From: Patescibacteria group bacterium
Lineage (GTDB): Bacteria > Patescibacteriota > Patescibacteriia > UBA1558 > UBA10009
Direction: 5' to 3'
Assembly (NCBI GenBank): GCA_041662565.1
Contig: JBAZSE010000001.1
Coordinates: 65,084-129,083, forward strand
Length of the DNA: 64,000 nucleotides
Position 1 is the stretch's first letter. Every line of letters begins with the position of its first letter. The notes beneath the pieces are model-generated. The model saw only the letters and a program-made list of their open reading frames with translations, made no database searches and was not told where the DNA came from. Position numbers and translations under genes: made by a program. Shown one piece after another: positions 27,648 to 36,115 of the stretch.

Positions 27648-29099
27648 ATGTCCGAAGAAGTAGTTTTAAGATTTAATGAAGTCAATTTTGAATACCTTCA
27701 CAAAAAGCCCATTTTACATGAGGCCAGCTTTAGCATCCGCAAAGGAGCTAAGTTTACCTTGATGGGCCAAAACGGAGCAGGTAAAAGCACCATTTTTAAG
27801 TTAATTACCGGCGAGCTTAAACCGGCCAAGGGCCGAGTTTCTATTACCGATAACGCCAGCGTGGGTACGGCTCATCAAACAGTTGTCCGAGCGGATTTTG
27901 TTTTGTCGGTAGAAGAATATTTTGAGCGGGCGTTTACCGAAGTGCCGGGTAATATTAAAAGTAGGATCAGTAAAGTGATGGACGCGGTTAATTTGGATTT
28001 ACCCCTAGAGCGAAAAGTGGGCGATTTATCGGGCGGCCAGCAGGCGCGGTTACTACTTGCTTACGCTTTAATACAGGATCCGGATATTTTACTATTGGAT
28101 GAGCCAACCAATAATTTGGATGCCGAAGGCATTGGCCATTTAATCGCTTTTTTACTGGGTTACCCCAAAACCGTTTTGGTAATTTCGCACGATGCGGATT
28201 TTTTAAACTTATTTACCGAAGGTGTTATTTATTTAAATAATTTTACCCACGAAACCGAAATGTATGTTGGCGACTATTATTCGGTGGTGGAAGAAATTGC
28301 TGCCCGAGTGGAGCGAGAAGAAAAATTAAACGCCCAGCTGGAAAAAAGCATCCGAGATCGCAAGGAAAAAGTTAACTTTTTTGCCAACAAGGGAGGAAAG
28401 ATGCGTCAATTGGCCAAAAAATTAAAAGAAGAAACTCAAGAGATGGAAGAGAATAAGGTGGAAGTTCGCAAAGAAGATCGCACCATTAGGGATTTTGAAA
28501 TACCGGCGCAGGAAATTTACGGCGATATTGCCAAATTAACAAAAGTTAAAGTGATTAAAGATCACGAGCCGGTTTTTAAAGAAATAAATAAAGAAATAAA
28601 AAGACGGAGCAGAATTTTAATTATTGGCCCTAACGGCATTGGCAAAAGTACGCTGTTGCGCACTTTGGTGGCGCAAACCGATGAAGGCATGAAAATCATG
28701 CCCGAAGTAAAAGTGGGGTATTACAGCCAGGATTTTGCCACTTTGGATTTTAAACAAACTGTTTTTGACTGTTTAAAAAGCGTGATGATTGATGAAGCCG
28801 ATGAACAAACCATGAGAGCGGTGGCGGCCGGGTTTTTAATTTACGGCGATTTAATGGGTCATGAAGTTGGAGCTTTATCCGAAGGCCAAAAGGGTTTACT
28901 TTCTTTTGCCCGATTGGTTTTAATGCGACCCGGTTTGTTGATTTTGGATGAACCAACTAACCATATTAACTTTAGGCATTTGCCGGTGATTATTGAAGCC
29001 ATAAATAATTACGATGGCGCTTTAATGATGGTTAGCCATATGCCGGAGTTTGTAGAAAAAATTAAGTTTGATGAAGAACTGGATTTAAGTAAGTTGTAA
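27648..29099 (+). CDS. ABC-F family ATPase
   Basis: Two ABC domains (GQNGAGKS, LSGGQ, LDEPTN; GPNGIGKS, LSEGQ), charged linker, no TM segments. Confidence 0.92.
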   Translation: MSEEVVLRFNEVNFEYLHKKPILHEASFSIRKGAKFTLMGQNGAGKSTIFKLITGELKPAKGRVSITDNASVGTAHQTVVRADFVLSVEEYFERAFTEVPGNIKSRISKVMDAVNLDLPLERKVGDLSGGQQARLLLAYALIQDPDILLLDEPTNNLDAEGIGHLIAFLLGYPKTVLVISHDADFLNLFTEGVIYLNNFTHETEMYVGDYYSVVEEIAARVEREEKLNAQLEKSIRDRKEKVNFFANKGGKMRQLAKKLKEETQEMEENKVEVRKEDRTIRDFEIPAQEIYGDIAKLTKVKVIKDHEPVFKEINKEIKRRSRILIIGPNGIGKSTLLRTLVAQTDEGMKIMPEVKVGYYSQDFATLDFKQTVFDCLKSVMIDEADEQTMRAVAAGFLIYGDLMGHEVGALSEGQKGLLSFARLVLMRPGLLILDEPTNHINFRHLPVIIEAINNYDGALMMVSHMPEFVEKIKFDEELDLSKL

Positions 29100-29190
29100 A
29101 ATCAGAGATTATTAAACAGGTTTTAAGGGCCTGTTTTTTATAATAAAAAAAGACAACCGTTGTTGAGGCGGTTGTTGGGTGAAGCGGGAG

Positions 29191-29484
29191 TTATACTACC
29201 GTAATCTTGAAAGTTTCATTGTATCTTTTTCTTGCCGGCATATCTATGCGGTCGCTACATAAATAACCGCCACAGTTAAAGGTATACTCCAGGTAGCCCC
29301 GAACGGTTGTTTGAGAAACAACACTAACTTTAAGCGTTGCGCTGTTTTCAACCGTAAATGCAGCCGTCAGTTTACCGCTGACAGATGGTTCGTTGTTGAG
29401 TTGGAATTTAACAGACACATGTATGTTGGTGTCAATTATAATCACAAACGATCTAGCGCCCCGTGGCAGGCGAACTTCTGTCAT
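29191..29484 (-). CDS. Hypothetical protein
   Basis: 97-aa ORF, RBS ggag, hairpin downstream. Confidence 0.5.
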   Translation of the reverse strand: MTEVRLPRGARSFVIIIDTNIHVSVKFQLNNEPSVSGKLTAAFTVENSATLKVSVVSQTTVRGYLEYTFNCGGYLCSDRIDMPARKRYNETFKITVV

Positions 29485-29651
29485 CTTTCTCCCGTTTTGG
29501 TGAATGAAAAGTGCAAGTGATTTTATTTAGATCAAAGGATCAAAATAAAAAAGTATTATAATTTATCAAAGGGTAAAAGTCAAGGTTATTGATATTTCTT
29601 AATTAACAATTTTTTGCTATAATTCCTTTATTATCATTAAGCTGCAAATAT

Positions 29652-29822
29652 ATGGAAAAACTTTTTAAAAACCAGCCGTCTAAATTGCCAACCATGTTAT
29701 GGCTAGTGTTAGCCGTGTTATTTATGCTCTCATTTATTTCTTTAGCCGTTAGTTTGTATACTTTAGGCACGGTAACCGGCATAGAACAAGCCACAGTTTA
29801 CGGGACTAATTATCAAAAATAA
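29652..29822 (+). CDS. Small single-TM protein (56 aa, not in the ORF track)
   Basis: MEKLFKNQPSKLPTMLWLVLAVLFMLSFISLAVSLYTLG...; TGcTATAAT promoter upstream. Confidence 0.6.
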   Translation: MEKLFKNQPSKLPTMLWLVLAVLFMLSFISLAVSLYTLGTVTGIEQATVYGTNYQK

Positions 29823-30017
29823 ACTTGTGAACAAAGGGGAGTAAGGGCGATTTTGGCTAGGGCTTGACAAATTCCCCATAATAGCATACACTATTTTCAA
29901 AGCAAGCATATCTTTTTCGTTTCCTAACACAAATAAATGGTATTAACCTAAATAAGTGTAGGGTAGAAAAGTTAAAAGTCGACTTGCGTAATTTATTTGT
30001 GAAAGGAATATACTAAA

Positions 30018-30377
30018 ATGGCTAAGAAATTATACGTCGGTGGATTGTCTTACGGCACCTCCGAAGAGTCATTAAAAGATCATTTTGCCCAAGCCGGTAC
30101 TGTGGAAACAGCCACCGTTATCATGGACAAAATGACCGGCCGTTCCAAGGGCTTTGGCTTTGTGGAAATGGCTACTGACGAAGAAGCCCAAGCGGCTATT
30201 GAAATGTTTAACGGTAAAGAATTTGAAGGCAGAAACTTAACCGTAAACGAAGCCAGACCAATGGAACCAAGAGCTCCTCGCACCGGCGGATTTAGCCGCG
30301 GCGGCGACAGAGGCGGTTTTGGCGGCGGCAGAAGAGATTTCAATAACGACAGAGGCCCCAGCAGAAAAAGCTGGTAA
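30018..30377 (+). CDS. RRM RNA-binding protein with Gly/Arg-rich tail
   Basis: LYVGGL (RNP2), KGFGFVEM (RNP1); terminator follows. Confidence 0.95.
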   Translation: MAKKLYVGGLSYGTSEESLKDHFAQAGTVETATVIMDKMTGRSKGFGFVEMATDEEAQAAIEMFNGKEFEGRNLTVNEARPMEPRAPRTGGFSRGGDRGGFGGGRRDFNNDRGPSRKSW

Positions 30378-30491
30378 AAATCTTTATTGATTTTCAAAAT
30401 CCCTCGGATTTTTTCCGAGGGGTTTTTGTTTTAAAAAAAAATTCCTCCAACAACCGCAATGGTCGTTGGAGGGATGGTTGAGAAAGACGAT

Positions 30492-30827
30492 TCAACAAAT
30501 CAAATAATGCAGTGATTGGCCAACTGCGAAAATGTGATTGAATGCATGAAGAATGTCTTCCAGATTCATTAAATCGTGAACATTAGCCAACCGACGATTT
30601 AGAATTCTCAAATCATTGCTGATTTTTTCGGATTCCGTTTGTAAAACGGCCTGATCATCAAGGTCGAGATTTTCCGATTTTTTGCCAAAAGAAAGGATTT
30701 CCTGTTGTATTCTTTCTCCTTCAGTAATCAGAAGTCGGCATTTTTCTTCAATACTGACGTCGCCTTCGTTGGCCAGTTTCATTCGTTCCAGACGGATGAC
30801 ACTTTTCCTATAATCCACGACTTTCAT
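30492..30827 (-). CDS. Hypothetical helical protein
   Basis: 111-aa ORF, RBS gagga. Confidence 0.55.
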   Translation of the reverse strand: MKVVDYRKSVIRLERMKLANEGDVSIEEKCRLLITEGERIQQEILSFGKKSENLDLDDQAVLQTESEKISNDLRILNRRLANVHDLMNLEDILHAFNHIFAVGQSLHYLIC

Positions 30828-31024
30828 AATTCCTCTATGTTTGAGGTGTTGTTGATTTGTTGAATTGATACAATAATGCCTTATTTTATTTTATCTTGGC
30901 TCTTTTGTCAATGGTGCGAAATTTTAAAACTTGACAGAATTTTAATAAAATGGTAGGATGATTTGTTCAATCGTATCAATTTACAATTCACAGTAAACAA
31001 TCATCCTAAACACAAGGATCAACA

Positions 31025-31957
31025 ATGAAGGAAGAAAGGCCGGAAGTTAGTTCGCTATTACTCATTGATGGCGAAACAACCAACTCTAATGATTGGCCTG
31101 AGCGTCAACGGGTCATGTATGAGCAGGCGGATTATCTTGGCTGGGCCAATATCTGCTTTGAGGCTTATAAGAGAGCTGAAAATTTGGTTCTCAAGATTTG
31201 GCTTCTGTTGGAATTCGTGAACGGTTATCGGCGCCAGCCTGGAATATGGAGTATTGAGCGCGCTACTCAATGGTTAGACGAGGCGCATCATTTGATCGTA
31301 AAGCTTGGCCATCATCCACAAAACAAAAGGCTTCAATCAATCTGGGCATATCAAAGAGGTATGGTTTATCACCTTTCGGGTGAATTTTACCAAGCTGCTG
31401 ACTGTCATCACTTGGCAGTTGAAATTGCTTCAGACCATGTTGAGCGCACCATCTCGGAATATATGGTGGCTTACGAGAACCTGAACGATGCCATCTTTAA
31501 TAACGACCAGATCAGTCAAAGGTCGAAAAATTACGAAATAGTGGCGCGGCGATTACTGAAGGCCTTTAAGGGCAATGATTCCCAGAATCAACTTCGTTGG
31601 TACGCCAATGTTTTGTGCCACCGCGCAGTTTTTGCCTGGTTGGATCACTCGGTTGACAAGGTTCCGCGTTTTGCTACTAAAGCCTTGGCTTTTTTAAAAA
31701 CACATCCGCAGATTCCGGCCTCAGCCTTTGCTGATGCTCTGGTTGTTATGCAGGCAATGCAAACCGGCAAATTGGTGGAAACCAAGCGGATTTGGGGCGA
31801 CGCAGATTGGCTGGCAGCGGCTCGATTGTGGAACGTGTATCATCTACCTCAAGTGGATGACTGGAAGCCGATGCTTCAACAAATCATCAATGATAAAACT
31901 TTAATGGGCGGCCGTCTATTCAAAAATCAAGCAGCACGACAGCTGGCTGTAGAATAA
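31025..31957 (+). CDS. Hypothetical helical-repeat (TPR-like) protein
   Basis: 310-aa ORF; TTGACA-17-TAGGAT promoter; terminator at 31985. Confidence 0.6.
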   Translation: MKEERPEVSSLLLIDGETTNSNDWPERQRVMYEQADYLGWANICFEAYKRAENLVLKIWLLLEFVNGYRRQPGIWSIERATQWLDEAHHLIVKLGHHPQNKRLQSIWAYQRGMVYHLSGEFYQAADCHHLAVEIASDHVERTISEYMVAYENLNDAIFNNDQISQRSKNYEIVARRLLKAFKGNDSQNQLRWYANVLCHRAVFAWLDHSVDKVPRFATKALAFLKTHPQIPASAFADALVVMQAMQTGKLVETKRIWGDADWLAAARLWNVYHLPQVDDWKPMLQQIINDKTLMGGRLFKNQAARQLAVE

Positions 31958-31984
31958 GACGATTGGCCAAAAAGTAGATTTCAT

Positions 31985-32020
31985 AGGGGGAACGGACATC
32001 AACGTTCCCCTCTTTTTTAT
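31985..32020 (+). terminator. Intrinsic terminator (near-identical to 21872)
   Basis: agggggaacg...cgttcccct followed by T-tract. Confidence 0.75.
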
Positions 32021-32056
32021 CTTGTTTTTTCTTTAAAATCCTAGTATTATTTACTT

Positions 32057-33388
32057 ATGTTTATTAAAAAGTTTTTAGCTATTTTGGCTTTAGCCATCCA
32101 CTTGCCGATAATTTTTTATTTCTGGCTTTTCGGTTCCGGTGATTTATTAAGAAGCGGGCAATCCGATATGATGTTGATTGCTTTAGGCAGAATTTCCGGT
32201 TTACTGGCTGTATTTTTTATTTTGCTTCAGCTGATTTTTATCGGGCGGGTAAAATGGCTGGAAAAATTATTTGGCTTGGATAAGTTATCAATTTGGCACC
32301 ACTTAAACGGCATTTTTGCCTTGATTTTTATTTTGGCTCATCCTATTTTATTAATGCTGGGTTATGGACAATTAACTGGGCACGGTTTTTTTAACCAGCT
32401 TTTTGAGGCGATTTTAAATGGTGATGATTTGTTTGGCGCTTTTGTGGCCGTATTAATTTTTTTAGGTACGGTTATAATTTCGGCAACATTTATCCGAAAA
32501 TATTTAAATTACGAAAAATGGCATTTTTTGCATTTAGCCACCTACGCCGCAATTTTAATGGCTTTTGGCCACCAGTTGGAATTGGGCGGGGATTTCCATA
32601 ATCAGCTGTTTGTTTATTATTGGTACGCTTTGTATTTTGGAGTTTTTGGCCAGCTTATTTGGTATCGTTTTTTAACCCCGCTGGTTAATTTTTTTAAGCA
32701 CGGTTTTTACGTGGATAAATTAGAAGAAGAATTGCCTGGCGTGCTTTCGTGTTATATTAAAGGCAAAGATTTATCCTCTTTTAAAGCTCAGGCCGGTCAA
32801 TTTATGATTGTCAGATTTTTAAACCAAAAAATCTGGTGGCAGGCACATCCTTTTTCCATTTCTTGTCCGCCTTCGGGCCAATACCTGCGTTTAACCATTA
32901 AAGCCCTGGGCGATTTTACCAAAACTTTAAAAAATAATCTTAAAGCCGGCGATAAAGTTTTGTTGGATGGGCCGCACGGCGTGTTTACTTTAAAATCTTC
33001 CAAGCAGGATAAATTATTGTTTATTGCCGGCGGAGTTGGTATTACGCCTATCAGAGCGGTATTGGAAGAGGCCTTATTGGCTGGGCGGCAGGCCATTTTA
33101 CTTTATGGCAATCGCACGGCTACGGATATTATTTTTAAAACGGAACTGGATAAATTAAAACAAGAACATCAATTTGGGCTTCATTATATTATTAGTGATG
33201 ACCCTTCTTGGGCAGGCGAACAAGGCCGGCTTGATTTGGCAAAAATCAGCCAGTTAGCACCCGATGCTGGCACGCGCGAGGTTTATTTGTGCGGCCCTGC
33301 CGCTATGATGAAATCGGTTAGGCAATCATTGGCTAAACTTAAGGTGCCAAAAGGTCAAATCCATTTTGAAAAGTTTTCTTTAGGATAA
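32057..33388 (+). CDS. Ferric-reductase-like membrane oxidoreductase with FAD/NAD-binding domains
   Basis: TM heme His residues, HPFSIS, DGPHG, IAGGVGITP, YLCGP, FEKF. Confidence 0.9.
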   Translation: MFIKKFLAILALAIHLPIIFYFWLFGSGDLLRSGQSDMMLIALGRISGLLAVFFILLQLIFIGRVKWLEKLFGLDKLSIWHHLNGIFALIFILAHPILLMLGYGQLTGHGFFNQLFEAILNGDDLFGAFVAVLIFLGTVIISATFIRKYLNYEKWHFLHLATYAAILMAFGHQLELGGDFHNQLFVYYWYALYFGVFGQLIWYRFLTPLVNFFKHGFYVDKLEEELPGVLSCYIKGKDLSSFKAQAGQFMIVRFLNQKIWWQAHPFSISCPPSGQYLRLTIKALGDFTKTLKNNLKAGDKVLLDGPHGVFTLKSSKQDKLLFIAGGVGITPIRAVLEEALLAGRQAILLYGNRTATDIIFKTELDKLKQEHQFGLHYIISDDPSWAGEQGRLDLAKISQLAPDAGTREVYLCGPAAMMKSVRQSLAKLKVPKGQIHFEKFSLG

Positions 33389-33494
33389 CGAGCCAGCAGA
33401 CGAAAGATTTTATTTTTATTTATTAACACCTTGCATCTTTTCAAATATATAATATAATATAAATAGATTTTAAAAATTAAAAATAAAATACTTG

Positions 33495-33523
33495 TCCTCC
33501 GAAGCTCAAAGAGCGAAGGGGGA
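33495..33523. repeat. Short palindromic element with GAA/GAA internal loop
   Basis: TCCTCC-GAA-GCTC-aaa-GAGC-GAA-GGGGGA; same design as 51216-51249. Confidence 0.65.
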
Positions 33524-33653
33524 AAAATTATTTTTTAACCCATAAATCCTAATTCTTGGATTAGTATGATTCTATCATGAAAGATATTGACGAGGTCGGG
33601 GGGATAATGCCTCAGCTAAAGTTAGATCAACAATCAATCATTAAGCTTCCTGC

Positions 33654-33686
33654 AAAGTCGGTTTTATAGCTGGCTTTTTTCTTTTT
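33654..33686 (+). terminator. Terminator-like hairpin just upstream of the ATP-grasp operon (possible attenuator)
   Basis: aaagtcggtt...agctggcttt stem (G-U rich) plus T-tract about 10 nt before the ATG. Confidence 0.5.
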
Positions 33687-33696
33687 AAAAATAACT

Positions 33697-36105
33697 ATGA
33701 ACTATTCCAATGGCAATGAACCGTTAAACAACCACACGATTTTGGTGGTTAATACCGGTTCGGCCAAAAAAAAATTTATCTTGCAGCGTCTTAAGGCCTT
33801 GGGCCTAAAAATCGTTGTTTTAAACAAGGAAAAAAATTGGGCCGAACCGTTTGTTGATCACTGGATTTTAGCCGACACCTTTAATCACGTGGAAGCGGTG
33901 GCCGCTGTTAAAGCATTTATGGCCGCCAATTTGGACGTAAAAATAGAAGGCGCTTTAACTTTTTGGGAAGATGATGTGTTGCTGGCTTCTAAAATAGCCG
34001 ATAAGTTTAATTTTATCGGCATCCCGTTTAATGTGGCCAAAAAAGCCAGGAATAAATTTTTGTTTAGGGAATTTTGCGCACTGCATGGCTTAAAAACACC
34101 GGCTCACTCTTTGGTAAAAAATAACGAAGATCTAAATTATATTGTCCAGAATTTTAAATTCCCTTTGGTTATTAAGCCAACCTACGGCTCTTCGAGCGCT
34201 TACGTTATTAAGCTGGAAAATCAAGAAGAGTTGTTTAACACTTATCAATATTTAAAAAAGAACATTTCCACGGATGTAGAATCGGCTTTAACCGATGGCG
34301 TGGAAATTTTAGTGGAAGAATATATTGATGGCGATGAAGTGGATATTGATATTGTTTTGCAAAATGGCAAAATAAAATTTTTTTCCATTTCCGATAATGA
34401 TAAAACCAATGAACCGTTTTTTGTGGAAACCGGCCAATCAATTCCTTCCGGTTTGCCCGAACGCACGCAAAGCGAATTGATTGAAATGGCCGAAGAAACA
34501 TTGGAAAAAATGGGTGTTCAAAACGGCGTAATTCATTTTGAAGCCAAGGCCGGCAAAAACGGCACTGTGCCCATTGAGGCCAACTTGCGTATGGGTGGCG
34601 ATGAAGTTCATTCTTTTGTTAAAGGTGCCTGGGGCGTGGATTTAATCGAATGCGCCGTAAAAATTGCGTTGGGTGTTCATATTCCCAAAATCCATCGGCC
34701 GGTTTCTCCCCGCAAATATTTAACCGGCAAATATTTTTTAAACGATAATTCTGGCATTTTGGTTAAAATGGACGTGGTAGAAGATTTGAAAAAAAATCCC
34801 AATGTGGAAGAAATTCATTTTTTTAAGGAAATCGGAGATGCCATTTTGGTGCCGCCGGAGGGTTATGAATTTTTGGGCTGGGTTGTGGTTTCGGGCTATA
34901 ATCGCCTGGATGCCCAAGATAATTTGCGCGAAATCGCTTCAAAAATTCATTTTGACGTGGTTAAATTTGACAGCGATTCGGCTTTAGGCCGCACTTCCCG
35001 CAAAAGCCGTTTTTCTTCGGCCGTACTTAACAAAACTTTGCTAACCAGGGCGGCTCGGCTGGAAAAATTAAGAAGCGTATCCAAAGATAATCAGGGCAAG
35101 CTTAAAATCGGCGTTTTGGGAAATTCATCTGATGAAAATCAGGAGAGCTGGGAAAAATCTTTAGCTAAGGTAAGTGAAGAAGTGGTTGCCTCTCTAAAAA
35201 CCAAGGGCTATCAAGTTACCTTTTTTGATTCATCGGATTTTCCTAAAGTAGTTACTGATTTAAAAAAGAGCGATGTTGATTTGGTTTTTAATTTGGCCGA
35301 AAAAATCAACCAGTCGGCTTTGGCCAAATCCGATATCACTTCTGTCTTGGAGGCCTTGCAAATTCCTTACACCGGCTCTTCGCCCTTAACTTTGGCTTTG
35401 GCCCAGGATAAAATAAAGTTTAAAAAAATGCTGGCCTTCCATAATATTCCCACAGCCCGTTGGGATTACGCCTATAGCCCCGATGATGATATTGATGAAT
35501 CATTGCGTTATCCCTTAATCGTTAAGCCGGCAGGGGGTGATCATTCTTTGGGCATTAACAATCAGTCGGTTGTTAATAATAAAGAAGAGCTTAAAACCCA
35601 GCTAGTTTTTGTAACCGAGCGTTTAGGTTCGCCGGCTTTGGTGGAAGAATATATAGAAGGCGATGAATATGATGTCTCTATTTTGGGCAGTAATTTTGAC
35701 GATTTTGAAGTTCTGCCACTCTCGCGGACCATTTTTAAAAATCTGCCAGTTGAGTATAAAAATATTTACACTTTTGAAGCAAAATGGGGGACAAATCCGA
35801 TTTATAACGATATTATTGTCCAGCAACCGCCTAAAAATATCCCTAAAAAGCTGGAAACTCTGTTGACGGAAATTGCCTTGGATACCTATAATATTCTGGA
35901 TTGCCAGGATTACGGCCGGGTGGATATCCGCGTAGATCAAAACGACAATCCTTACGTTTTGGAACTTAATGCCAATCCATCGCTCGCGCCCGATGCGCGC
36001 ATTCCTTCGTCGGCTAAAATTTTAGGCATTGATTACAGCGATTTGCTGGTAGAAATTATCACCTTGGCTATTAAGCGCTATCAGCAAAAACCAAAAAACT
36101 TTTAA
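33697..36105 (+). CDS. Double ATP-grasp ligase: L-amino-acid-ligase-like domain fused to Ddl-like domain
   Basis: Domain 1: VIKP..GSSS, VEEYIDG, IEANLRMGG. Domain 2: VFNLAE, IPYTGS, IVKP, YGRVDIR, LELNANP. Confidence 0.88.
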   Translation: MNYSNGNEPLNNHTILVVNTGSAKKKFILQRLKALGLKIVVLNKEKNWAEPFVDHWILADTFNHVEAVAAVKAFMAANLDVKIEGALTFWEDDVLLASKIADKFNFIGIPFNVAKKARNKFLFREFCALHGLKTPAHSLVKNNEDLNYIVQNFKFPLVIKPTYGSSSAYVIKLENQEELFNTYQYLKKNISTDVESALTDGVEILVEEYIDGDEVDIDIVLQNGKIKFFSISDNDKTNEPFFVETGQSIPSGLPERTQSELIEMAEETLEKMGVQNGVIHFEAKAGKNGTVPIEANLRMGGDEVHSFVKGAWGVDLIECAVKIALGVHIPKIHRPVSPRKYLTGKYFLNDNSGILVKMDVVEDLKKNPNVEEIHFFKEIGDAILVPPEGYEFLGWVVVSGYNRLDAQDNLREIASKIHFDVVKFDSDSALGRTSRKSRFSSAVLNKTLLTRAARLEKLRSVSKDNQGKLKIGVLGNSSDENQESWEKSLAKVSEEVVASLKTKGYQVTFFDSSDFPKVVTDLKKSDVDLVFNLAEKINQSALAKSDITSVLEALQIPYTGSSPLTLALAQDKIKFKKMLAFHNIPTARWDYAYSPDDDIDESLRYPLIVKPAGGDHSLGINNQSVVNNKEELKTQLVFVTERLGSPALVEEYIEGDEYDVSILGSNFDDFEVLPLSRTIFKNLPVEYKNIYTFEAKWGTNPIYNDIIVQQPPKNIPKKLETLLTEIALDTYNILDCQDYGRVDIRVDQNDNPYVLELNANPSLAPDARIPSSAKILGIDYSDLLVEIITLAIKRYQQKPKNF

Positions 36106-36115
36106 TTTTAAATTA

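Noticed and set aside
29603-29794. 63-aa minus-strand ORF
   Set aside because: Antisense to the better supported 29652..29822 gene.
33585-33620. glmS ribozyme (ttgacgagg) or TPP riboswitch (ggataatgcc)
   Set aside because: Only short fragments match; the AGCGCC cleavage site and the CTGAGA/ACCTGA elements are missing.
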